A stretch of 51,583 nt of DNA from a virus. Its lineage: Duplodnaviria; Heunggongvirae; Uroviricota; Caudoviricetes. Below the pieces are notes generated by a model. It searched no databases, had not been told where the DNA came from, and saw only the letters and a list, made by a program, of their open reading frames with translations. How positions within the stretch are numbered: position 1 is the stretch's first letter; each line of letters opens with the position of its first letter. Position numbers and translations under genes: made by a program. This document shows, in pieces, positions 37,912-47,881 of this stretch. Location: the IMG/VR virus record IMGVR_UViG_2512047041_000005, positions 1 through 51,583 of that record; one strand, given 5' to 3'.

Positions 37912-37961
37912 AATCTATCACATATAAAACAAACATCATTGCATCAACAAAGGAGACAACA
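37912..37961. promoter_or_regulatory. Divergent promoter/operator region
   Basis: 50-bp AT-rich intergenic region between divergent regulators; ner-like gene has AAGGAG Shine-Dalgarno. Confidence 0.4.
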
Positions 37962-38150
37962 ATGACTTCCGAACAAGTTAAAAATCTCTTCCGTCAGCGT
38001 GGTATCACGTTTACCCGCTGGGCCGAAGAACACGGCTACAGCCGCAATGAGGTCTATCGTGTTCTCAATGGACAGACCAAAGCTCGTTACGGCAAAGCCC
38101 ATGAAATTGCCGTAAAACTGGGATTAAAACCCACGTCAAATGCGGCATAA
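37962..38150 (+). CDS. Ner/Cro-like small DNA-binding protein
   Basis: 62 aa; first gene of the rightward early operon. Confidence 0.6.
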   Translation: MTSEQVKNLFRQRGITFTRWAEEHGYSRNEVYRVLNGQTKARYGKAHEIAVKLGLKPTSNAA

Positions 38151-38202
38151 ATTTTCCACATATGCAACAGGTTATCACATATTGCAAAAATGGAAATGTG
38201 AC

Positions 38203-38511
38203 ATGAGTAAAGTAAATATTTCCAGTTCTGGGACCCGCATCCTACGTGTACTCAAAGCTCTACGCGGTCATGCTCTGAACGGTGTTTCTAACGGTGAACT
38301 GGCATCAGCCCTGGGGGAGTCCCCGGCGAATATCAATCGAGCACTTAATACCCTTATTGAAGAGGGACTGGCCATGAAATTAGAGAACGGACGTTTCGCA
38401 CCGGGAATCCAGTTACTACAGATCGCCATGGCTCACAGTCACGAGATGGCGCGTGCACAGGATCGTATTAACGAAATCAACCAACGAGTTATTTCAGGTA
38501 GTCGTTTGTAA
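38203..38511 (+). CDS. Winged-helix DNA-binding protein
   Basis: HTH-like GVSNGELASALGESPANINRALNTLIEEGL; alternative start at 38140. Confidence 0.5.
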   Translation: MSKVNISSSGTRILRVLKALRGHALNGVSNGELASALGESPANINRALNTLIEEGLAMKLENGRFAPGIQLLQIAMAHSHEMARAQDRINEINQRVISGSRL

Positions 38512-38521
38512 GGAGTAATCA

Positions 38522-39436
38522 ATGGGACGCACCAAATCACCCGTTAACACTGAACTGAATGTTGAGGTTCCGCTGTCAGATAACATCAATGTCAATTTGA
38601 ACGCTATGACACAGCATCGCATGGAAATTATGCAGCAGTTTGGTGATGGACTGCCTTATGAACGTGATCGCATTGTTCACGAAGCACGTTTTTATATGGC
38701 GCAGAGTGCTGAATCTATGCTGGAAGCGGGTAAGCGGCTGATCATCTTAAAAGAAAATGAGCCACACGGTGATTTTACAAACATTTTAGAAAATGAACTC
38801 GGACTTGCACCACAAGTTGCTCGCCGCATGATGCAAGCCAGTATGAAGTTTTTGGGAGAAGGTGATGAGCCAACAAAACGCTCAACGTTGAGCGTTTTGG
38901 GGAAAGCCAAACTGTACGACCTGATGGTTCTGGATAATGAAGAACTTGATGAATTGGCCGACGGCGGCACAGTTGCCGGCCTGACGCTTGACGACGTTGA
39001 TCGCATGTCAGTACGTGAATTGCGTCAGGCCCTGCGCGAAGCGCGCGAAACCAACGCAGCACAACAGCGCGTACTCGCTGACAAAAATGAAAAAATAGAC
39101 TCACTCTCCACCAGACTGGAGAAGAAATCCCGTATTCAGCCGCCTGAGCCTGATGAAGAGGTTAAGAAGCTGCGGGCGGAAGTGACAGCATTAGCGGTTG
39201 AGGCGGAATCTGCTATCGCCGTTCGACTGTCCAGCGCTTTTGAGACGCTGTGCGCATATTGTGCTGAAAACATGATTGATACCCCCAGAGACTTCATGGC
39301 AGGCCTGGTCTGTCAACTGGAAAGCACAGCGCGTAGCCTGCGCTCCACATTTGACCTGCCGGATGAGCCAACAGGCAATGCCGCGCCTTCATGGCTGACT
39401 GAGCCGACGCCACAGATTAACGGGCTGGAGGCATAA
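38522..39436 (+). CDS. Hypothetical acidic coiled-coil protein
   Basis: 304 aa immediately upstream of the transposase gene; no recognised motif. Confidence 0.55.
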   Translation: MGRTKSPVNTELNVEVPLSDNINVNLNAMTQHRMEIMQQFGDGLPYERDRIVHEARFYMAQSAESMLEAGKRLIILKENEPHGDFTNILENELGLAPQVARRMMQASMKFLGEGDEPTKRSTLSVLGKAKLYDLMVLDNEELDELADGGTVAGLTLDDVDRMSVRELRQALREARETNAAQQRVLADKNEKIDSLSTRLEKKSRIQPPEPDEEVKKLRAEVTALAVEAESAIAVRLSSAFETLCAYCAENMIDTPRDFMAGLVCQLESTARSLRSTFDLPDEPTGNAAPSWLTEPTPQINGLEA

Positions 39437-39439
39437 CCA

Positions 39440-41209
39440 ATGAATGCTGCCCTGACTGAACGACTGGTTTATGTCGCCCGCGCGGCACGTGACGCGGGGC
39501 ATGGTAAACGCGGTGCAATATACGACGCTGCCTGTGCTGAACTTGGCATGTCCCGCGCCACTCTGCTGCGCAGGCTGAAGGAGGTCTCTGTGACTGATAA
39601 ACGCAAAAAACGCGCTGATGCCGGACGCAGCGCCCTGACCCGCGACGAAGCCGCGCTGATATCTGCCACACTGCGTGAGGCCACCCGCAAGAACGGTAAA
39701 CGCCTCTATTCCATCGCAGATGCAGTGGAAACCCTGCGGGCTAACGGCTTTATCACCGCAGGCAGAACAGATGAAACCACCGGTGAGTTTTTCCCGTTGT
39801 CTGAAGATGCCATCAGCCGTGCTCTGCGTAACTATGGCCTGCACCCGGAACAACTGGATGCTCCTGCACCGCATACCGAAGTGGCCAGTCTGCACCCCAA
39901 TCATGTCTGGCAGATTGACGCCTCACTCTGCACGCTTTACTACCTGAGCAATGGACATAAAGGGCTGCAGGTGATGGACAGCGCGAAGTTCTACAAGAAC
40001 AAGCCCGCTAACCTTGCCCGTATCGCCAGTGACCGCGTGTGGAGTTACGAGATTACCGACCATGCCAGCGGCTGGATTTACGTTGAGTATGTGACGGGCG
40101 CGGAATCAGGTGAGAACCTGTGTTCTGTGCTTATCAACGCCATGCAGGAGCGTGGCGGCGCAGACGTGCTGCACGGCGTGCCAAAAATACTCTATCTCGA
40201 CCCCGGCTCGGCAAACACCGCGGGTATGACGAAAAACATGTGCCGCTCACTGGGCATCGACCTGATAGCGCACAAGCCGCATAACGCCCGCGCCACCGGA
40301 CAGGTGGAAAAGGCGCGGGACATTATCGAACGCAAGCTGGAGCCGGGTCTGAAGTTCCGGCCGGTTCACAGTCTGGAAGAACTCAATGCGCTGGCCGCGA
40401 AATGGCGCAGCCACTTTAACGCCACGGCTGTTCACAGCCGCCACGGTAAAACCCGCACGGATATCTGGCTGAAGATTACTGCTGAGCAGCTGAAAAAAGC
40501 GCCTTCCGTTGAGGTATGTCGTGAACTGGCTGTGGCGGCACCAGAACTCCGCAAAGTCACGCCAAAACTTCGTGTCTCGTTCCGGGGCACTGAATTTGAC
40601 GTATCAACGGTACCGGGCGTACTGGTCGGTGAAAAACTGATGATTACCCGTAACCCGTGGCGCAGCGATGTGGCACAGGTGGTTCTGACCGGTGAGGACG
40701 GCCACGAGACGTTCTTCCTGGTCGAAGAAGTCAGAAAGAACGAGTTTGGCTTTGCTGAAGGCGCGGCGGTATTTGGCGAAAGTTACAAAGCCCTGCCGGA
40801 AACCCCGGCGCAGATGGCGGCAAAAGAAACCGAAGCGCTGGTCACCGGTACAGACAACGCCGCAGATGCAGCTGCCGCACGCAAGGCGAAGGCGCTGCCG
40901 TTCGGCGGGCGGCTTGACCCGTATAAACATATTGATGACGCCACACTTCCGGCCTATATGCCGAAGCGAGGTCAGGCCTCTGACGTACGCGGGTCGCGCA
41001 CTGAACAACGTCCCATGACTCATGTGGAGGCCGCGAAAGCCCTGCGCGATAAGTTCAGCGCCGACGGCCTTACCTGGACGCCGGAACATTACCGCCAGTT
41101 AACGGCACAGTATCCGGACGGCGTACCGGAAGCCGCACTGGATGAAGTCATGGCCACGCTGACCACGCCGGCCCGCAGCAGCGTTATCAGCATTGTTAAC
41201 GGCAACTGA
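39440..41209 (+). CDS. DDE transposase (rve-type core, not MuA-like)
   Basis: 589 aa, rve-like core (HPNHVWQIDASL...DPGSANTAGM...HNARATGQVEKA); followed by overlapping B-like ATPase. Confidence 0.8.
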   Translation: MNAALTERLVYVARAARDAGHGKRGAIYDAACAELGMSRATLLRRLKEVSVTDKRKKRADAGRSALTRDEAALISATLREATRKNGKRLYSIADAVETLRANGFITAGRTDETTGEFFPLSEDAISRALRNYGLHPEQLDAPAPHTEVASLHPNHVWQIDASLCTLYYLSNGHKGLQVMDSAKFYKNKPANLARIASDRVWSYEITDHASGWIYVEYVTGAESGENLCSVLINAMQERGGADVLHGVPKILYLDPGSANTAGMTKNMCRSLGIDLIAHKPHNARATGQVEKARDIIERKLEPGLKFRPVHSLEELNALAAKWRSHFNATAVHSRHGKTRTDIWLKITAEQLKKAPSVEVCRELAVAAPELRKVTPKLRVSFRGTEFDVSTVPGVLVGEKLMITRNPWRSDVAQVVLTGEDGHETFFLVEEVRKNEFGFAEGAAVFGESYKALPETPAQMAAKETEALVTGTDNAADAAAARKAKALPFGGRLDPYKHIDDATLPAYMPKRGQASDVRGSRTEQRPMTHVEAAKALRDKFSADGLTWTPEHYRQLTAQYPDGVPEAALDEVMATLTTPARSSVISIVNGN

Positions 41210-42386
41210 GGAGGGATACATGCTGGTACTGAAGCAGCAACTGAAAGAGGCCCGTATTCCACAGGCGGTGGTGGCGAGAGCTGTCGATGTTTCTGAGGCC
41301 ACGCTGGCCCAGATTGTGAATCATAACGCGTGGCCCCGCACCAGCCCCGGAGAAGTGCGCCGGCGTCTTGCGTCCTGGCTGGAAAGTCAGGGGATTGATA
41401 CAACGAAGAGTTTTGATGCTGTACAGGGCGCGGCCACGCCCCGTACAGCGGGTACCACAGATAAAACGAGCCTCAGTGAGGAAGAGAATATGTTACTCAA
41501 AAAACAGGTGTTATTTCCAGCAACCAAAAAAGCGTTTGGTCTTTTCCGTGACCCGTTCGCCGACGAAGCCATGCAGGGTTCTGATGATGTGTTCACCACT
41601 CCGGACATTCGCTACGTGCGTGAGGCGCTGTACCAGACAGCCCGTCATGGTGGGTTTATGGCCGTCATCGGTGAGTCCGGTGCGGGTAAATCCACGCTGC
41701 GCCGTGACCTGACTGAACGTATCAACCGCGAGAATGCGCCGGTGATTGTTATCGAGCCATACATCATCGCTATGGAAGACAACGATGTGAAAGGGAAAAC
41801 CCTGAAGGCAGCAGCGATTGCCGAAGCCATTATCAGTACCATCGCACCACTGGAAAGCATCAGACGCAGTCAGGACGCCCGCTTTCGCCAGCTGCATCGC
41901 GTCCTGAAAGACAGCAGCCAGGCGGGGTTCAGCCACGTTCTGGTGATTGAGGAGGCCCACAGTCTGCCCATTCCGACACTGAAACACCTCAAACGCTTTT
42001 TTGAGCTGGAGTCCGGTTTCAAAAAACTGCTGTCCATCGTGCTGATTGGCCAGCCGGAACTGGCGACAAAACTGTCTGAACGCAATATGGAAGTCCGTGA
42101 AGTCGTTCAGCGCTGTGAGGTGGTCGAACTTCTGCCTCTGGACAATAACCTTGAAGAGTTTCTGACGTTCAAACTGCAACGGGCCGGTAAACAACTGACG
42201 GACATTATGGACGCCAGCGCAGTGGATGCCATACGTGCCCGCCTGAGCAATCCGGGAAGTCATCGTAAAAATATGGTCAGCCTGCTGTATCCGCTGGTCG
42301 TCAGTAACCTGGTAATAGCCGCCATGAATCTGGCCGCTGAAATCGGGGTTCCACAGGTCAACGCTGACGTTGTCAAAGGGGTTTAA
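41193..42386 (+). CDS. Transposition ATPase (MuB/TniB-like AAA+)
   Basis: Walker A GESGAGKST, Walker B VLVIEEAH. Confidence 0.8.
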   Translation: MLTATEEGYMLVLKQQLKEARIPQAVVARAVDVSEATLAQIVNHNAWPRTSPGEVRRRLASWLESQGIDTTKSFDAVQGAATPRTAGTTDKTSLSEEENMLLKKQVLFPATKKAFGLFRDPFADEAMQGSDDVFTTPDIRYVREALYQTARHGGFMAVIGESGAGKSTLRRDLTERINRENAPVIVIEPYIIAMEDNDVKGKTLKAAAIAEAIISTIAPLESIRRSQDARFRQLHRVLKDSSQAGFSHVLVIEEAHSLPIPTLKHLKRFFELESGFKKLLSIVLIGQPELATKLSERNMEVREVVQRCEVVELLPLDNNLEEFLTFKLQRAGKQLTDIMDASAVDAIRARLSNPGSHRKNMVSLLYPLVVSNLVIAAMNLAAEIGVPQVNADVVKGV

Positions 42387-42388
42387 TA

Positions 42389-42658
42389 ATGAAATCCACC
42401 ACAGGTATCAACCAGCAAATCAGCAAAGTGCAGTCAGCCATTATGGCGCTTAAGGCGACGAACACGGATGTACAAAGCATCACCATCAGGGGTAACAAAC
42501 CTGTCATCCGCGTTTCCCGGAGTGCGCATTGCATGCGCATGCTTGAGCAGGGAAAGGCCTGTTATCTGTATACCGGACATGACCACAGGGGATATTTCCG
42601 TCAGGGCGTTTTCGAACTGCACGGCTGTCGCGTCGTGTGGCCGGAATCTTTGTGGTAA
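42389..42658 (+). CDS. Hypothetical early protein
   Basis: 89-aa ORF starting 3 nt after the B-like gene. Confidence 0.45.
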   Translation: MKSTTGINQQISKVQSAIMALKATNTDVQSITIRGNKPVIRVSRSAHCMRMLEQGKACYLYTGHDHRGYFRQGVFELHGCRVVWPESLW

Positions 42659-42685
42659 TCAGCACAACTGGAGAAATCATAAAAA

Positions 42686-43216
42686 ATGGCAAAAAGTACA
42701 AAAGGTGCAAAACGTATCAAGGCCGCAGCAGCACTCTGGGTGCCGGGGACACGTGAAGAGGTCATTGAGGGAATCAGACTACTCGGTGACGCACAACGTG
42801 AACTGGTCAGGGCTGAAACAGAAATGAATGACGCCATTGGCGATATCACCGCACGTTATGCCCCGCTCACCGAGAGCCTGAAAAAACGCATGGCCGAACT
42901 GCAGTCCGGTATTCAGACATGGTGTGAGGCACACCGTGATGAACTGACCGGCAACGGGAAGGTGAAGTTCGCTAACCTCACCACCGGCGAGGTGCAGTGG
43001 CGAAACCGTCCGCCATCAGTCAGTATCCGTGGGGCGGATAATGTTATTGAATTACTGAGACGTCTGGGGCTTGAGCGCTTTATTCGTGTAAAAGAGGAAA
43101 TAAATAAAGACGCTATCCTGAATGAAAAAGAGGCCGTGAAAAATATTCCCGGTATTTCCATTAAAAGCGACATTGAGGATTTTTCAATAATTCCTTTTGA
43201 GCAGGATGTGCAGTAA
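42686..43216 (+). CDS. Mu Gam-like host-nuclease inhibitor
   Basis: 176 aa; ...PPSVSIRGADNVIELLRRLGLERFIRVKEEINKDAIL...EDFSIIPFEQD closely matches Mu Gam as remembered. Confidence 0.85.
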   Translation: MAKSTKGAKRIKAAAALWVPGTREEVIEGIRLLGDAQRELVRAETEMNDAIGDITARYAPLTESLKKRMAELQSGIQTWCEAHRDELTGNGKVKFANLTTGEVQWRNRPPSVSIRGADNVIELLRRLGLERFIRVKEEINKDAILNEKEAVKNIPGISIKSDIEDFSIIPFEQDVQ

Positions 43217-43313
43217 ACACACCACGTTAATTATTTAATAAAAACATTTTCTTTTTTATTCCGGCGTCAGCGCCGCGGGCTTCTGCACGCCGGAAACAGA
43301 GGAGAATTAAATC

Positions 43314-43508
43314 ATGATATTTAAATGTATTCAGTGCGAGAGGGATATAACAGCCCTGCGTTTTCACAGCGCCATCGCCGTGATGTCCGGTAAATACCAC
43401 ATCCCTGCGGTACGCGTCACCCTGGTCTGCCCGTACTGCAGCCAGCATTTTTCGGCAGACGTGCCCGTCATGGAATTCTCCCGCCCTGACAGGGAGGACT
43501 CGCAATGA
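43314..43508 (+). CDS. Small zinc-ribbon protein
   Basis: 64 aa with two CxxC pairs. Confidence 0.45.
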   Translation: MIFKCIQCERDITALRFHSAIAVMSGKYHIPAVRVTLVCPYCSQHFSADVPVMEFSRPDREDSQ

Positions 43509-43777
43509 TTACCCCACAGGAAGCACGACAGCGCACCCGAACCCTTGTTGAACACTATGTCAACGAGTGTGAATGCCGCGACCTCACCGATGTGAAGCAC
43601 GTCCTGACCGCGCTAATCAGCATGACCGCTCAGGCCATTGTGGCGACCAACGGAAAGGCGGCTGCCCTGCAGGTACTGGTGAACACACTCACCCACACGG
43701 CAGAGCATGAGGTGCCGTACCGGATGGAAACCACTGCAGAAGGCGGCCTGCACATCACCGTCAGCCGGAAGCACTGA
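43505..43777 (+). CDS. Hypothetical early protein
   Basis: 90-aa ORF, ATGA-coupled to the previous gene. Confidence 0.45.
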   Translation: MITPQEARQRTRTLVEHYVNECECRDLTDVKHVLTALISMTAQAIVATNGKAAALQVLVNTLTHTAEHEVPYRMETTAEGGLHITVSRKH

Positions 43778-43786
43778 GGGCGCGGC

Positions 43787-44083
43787 ATGACACGGAACAC
43801 CATACTCACCCGCACCGCCCTCTACCGTCTGGCCCTGCAGCGTTTCGGGCCGGACGCACAGGCCCTGAAACTGACAGAAGAGGCCGCTGAACTGGCGGCC
43901 AGTGCTGCCCGCAATCTGAACGGACAGGGCAGCGAAAGTGACCTCGCGGCAGAGCTGGCAGACGTGGAAATCATGACAGAGCAATTGCGCCTTCAGGGGA
44001 TGGACCGGCTGATTGACTTCCACAAACAGAAAAAACTGGAACGTCTGGCTGCACGACTGGGCGTGATTTACACGAACGAGTAA
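43787..44083 (+). CDS. MazG-like nucleotide pyrophosphohydrolase (tentative)
   Basis: 98 aa with EEAAELA...AAELADVEIM acidic helix motifs typical of small MazG-family proteins. Confidence 0.45.
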   Translation: MTRNTILTRTALYRLALQRFGPDAQALKLTEEAAELAASAARNLNGQGSESDLAAELADVEIMTEQLRLQGMDRLIDFHKQKKLERLAARLGVIYTNE

Positions 44084-44097
44084 CCGGGAGGCATTCA

Positions 44098-44313
44098 ATG
44101 GCTGACATACTCAGGGAAATCACCGCATGGACACTGATTCTTACTGGCCTGGCGACATGCCTCAGTGCGGGGGCAGCCCTGGCTGCCCTGCTGATGCACA
44201 TAACAACACAGTGGTTATGGGAAAAGCTTAAAGCAGCATACAGCCTGAAAGAGCTGTCCGACGCTGTCCGGGCATGGAAACGGCAGAAAAATACCGGAGA
44301 TACAGAACAATGA
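44098..44313 (+). CDS. Small membrane protein
   Basis: 71 aa with one hydrophobic helix. Confidence 0.4.
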   Translation: MADILREITAWTLILTGLATCLSAGAALAALLMHITTQWLWEKLKAAYSLKELSDAVRAWKRQKNTGDTEQ

Positions 44314-44993
44314 CAGACCAGAATAAACACATTGAGAAACTGAAAAAGTTGCTGGCGCTGGCCGCATCCGGCAACCCGCACGAGGCCGCTCTGGCACTGC
44401 GCCGAGCCCGTAAACTGATGGATGTTCACGGCATCACACATTCCGACATTGCTATGAGTGATATTGATGAAACCATCAGTCATTACTGGCCGACAGGCAG
44501 TCTCCGTCCACCGCGCTACATGCTGGGCCTGATGAACATCATCCGCGAGGCATTTGGTGTTAACTCCATCATTCACCCCGGCACGCATCCGTCTGTGGGG
44601 TTCTACGGTAACCGGGAACGAGCGGCACTGGCTGCGTACACCTGGGAAGTGCTGGTCCGCCAACTGAAAAAGGCGCGTCAGCAGTATATCAGCGCACAGA
44701 ACAAAAGAATAAAAAACGCCACCCGTACCAGCCGTGGAAACCAGTTTGCTGAAGGCTGGGTACTGGCCGTTATCAGTGAAATACAGTCCTTTGCCCTGAC
44801 CGATGATGAGCGTGAACTGATGCAACAGTGGCTGGAACATAAATACCCGCAAACGCAAACCACCAGGGCGCGTAAACCGGGAAGAAGCCGCAATGGCGAC
44901 GCCTCGCGCTATGCGGGGTTTCGTGAAGGGCAGAACGTCAGACTGCACCGCCCGGTCAGTGGGCAGGAACAACAGAAACTGGAGGCCAGATGA
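44310..44993 (+). CDS. Hypothetical early protein (DUF2786-like, from memory)
   Basis: 227 aa from internal ATG overlapping previous stop; helical N-terminus HIEKLKKLLALAASGNPHEAALALRRARKLM. Confidence 0.55.
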   Translation: MTDQNKHIEKLKKLLALAASGNPHEAALALRRARKLMDVHGITHSDIAMSDIDETISHYWPTGSLRPPRYMLGLMNIIREAFGVNSIIHPGTHPSVGFYGNRERAALAAYTWEVLVRQLKKARQQYISAQNKRIKNATRTSRGNQFAEGWVLAVISEIQSFALTDDERELMQQWLEHKYPQTQTTRARKPGRSRNGDASRYAGFREGQNVRLHRPVSGQEQQKLEAR

Positions 44994-45101
44994 TTACGCT
45001 ATCAGGTAACAGCCGGAAATTAAAAGCCTGCCGAATATCTGCCAGATACCTTTTTGCCCGCGCCTTTTTTAAGAACGTCAGGCCGGGGATCACTGTAGTG
45101 G

Positions 45102-46352
<1,251 letters not shown>

Positions 46353-46470
46353 ACAATTGGTGTTATTGCCGGACGCGAACAGGTTGAAAAATACATGTCA
46401 GGTGCATGGTGGAATAACGACCCTGTCATTGCTGCCCGTAATATTCATATCAGTTGGGGGGATATTCAGA

Positions 46471-46686
46471 ATGACGGCTGAATCTGTTGTATGTGCCCTG
46501 TTCTGGTATTGTTTTGTCGGTTGGTGTACTGCTGAACTGCACCGCCGTTCAGGGTTTTATTCACGTTACAGTGGTGCCGGCTACTGGATTAGCTGGTCGG
46601 TGATGTTCCTGTGCTGGCCTGTGGCGCTTCCTTTATATGTCGATTATATCGGTGGCGCAGGTAAAAGGAGCAACGATGATGACTAA
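46471..46686 (+). CDS. Small membrane protein
   Basis: 71 aa, MTAESVVCALFWYCFVGWCTAEL...; upstream part of the track ORF lies inside the IS. Confidence 0.4.
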   Translation: MTAESVVCALFWYCFVGWCTAELHRRSGFYSRYSGAGYWISWSVMFLCWPVALPLYVDYIGGAGKRSNDDD

Positions 46687-47128
46687 ACAACGTCTTATCC
46701 AGCTCATTCATATTGCCCGTAATGAACTGGGTATGGATGAAGACACCTACCGCCAGATGTTACAGGGGCTGACCGGTAAAGCCTCAACCAAAGGAATGGA
46801 TACCACACAACTAAACTGCGTGCTGGAATCCATGAAAAGGAAAGGCTTTCGCGTTAAGCCTGCCGGAAAAGCCAGCTCCGGTTTACCGCTGGATAACCAT
46901 CCGCAGTCCAGGAAAATCCGTGCGCTATGGCTTGAAATGGCTGCTGCCGGCATTGTTCGTGACCGTTCAGAAAATGCATTAGCGCGGTGGATCAAGCGGG
47001 AAACGGGCATCAGCGCCCTGCGCTGGCTCAATACTGAACAGGCAAGCAGTGTTATTGAGAAACTGAAGAAGTGGCAGCACAGAGCTGCGGGAGTAAAACA
47101 TGAGCGACCTGAATCAGTTTCGAAGTAA
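46676..47128 (+). CDS. Mu GemA/gp16-like protein
   Basis: 150 aa from ATG overlapping previous stop; position before the mor-like gene. Confidence 0.65.
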   Translation: MMTKQRLIQLIHIARNELGMDEDTYRQMLQGLTGKASTKGMDTTQLNCVLESMKRKGFRVKPAGKASSGLPLDNHPQSRKIRALWLEMAAAGIVRDRSENALARWIKRETGISALRWLNTEQASSVIEKLKKWQHRAAGVKHERPESVSK

Positions 47129-47489
47129 AGGGCCGGAACTCCTGGTGGAACTGGCACAGCATACCTCTGAGACCGTTCGCGAGATTATTGATATTGAGCC
47201 CGCAATTGCCGACCAGATTGGTCAGGCCGTCGCGAACCGCATGATGCAGGTCTGGGGCGGGCAAAACGTTTATTTCCCGATGGGCATGGTATGGAAGGTC
47301 AGTCAGCGCGACCGGGAAATCTTCAGGGAGTTTAACGGACGTAACCACCATGAACTGGCCCGCAAATTTGGTGTTTCGCTTCAGTGGGTCTACAGCGTGG
47401 TTAAGCGGGTAAGAAAAGAAGAACTGGATCGGATGCAGGGCAAGCTATTTGCTGATGAACCCGATGTAGATACGGAGAAAAAAGAGTAA
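47100..47489 (+). CDS. Mor/C-family transcriptional activator
   Basis: 129 aa with C-terminal HTH (NHHELARKFGVSLQWVYSVVKRVRKEE); last gene before the element terminus. Confidence 0.7.
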   Translation: MSDLNQFRSKGPELLVELAQHTSETVREIIDIEPAIADQIGQAVANRMMQVWGGQNVYFPMGMVWKVSQRDREIFREFNGRNHHELARKFGVSLQWVYSVVKRVRKEELDRMQGKLFADEPDVDTEKKE

Positions 47490-47518
47490 TATCTGCAATC
47501 AGGCTGGAGCGAGTTCTG

Positions 47519-47822
<304 letters not shown>

Positions 47823-47881
47823 ATTAGCCAGGTAACACAGTGTTATGACAGCCCGCCGGTTCAGGCGGGCTTTTTTGTGGA

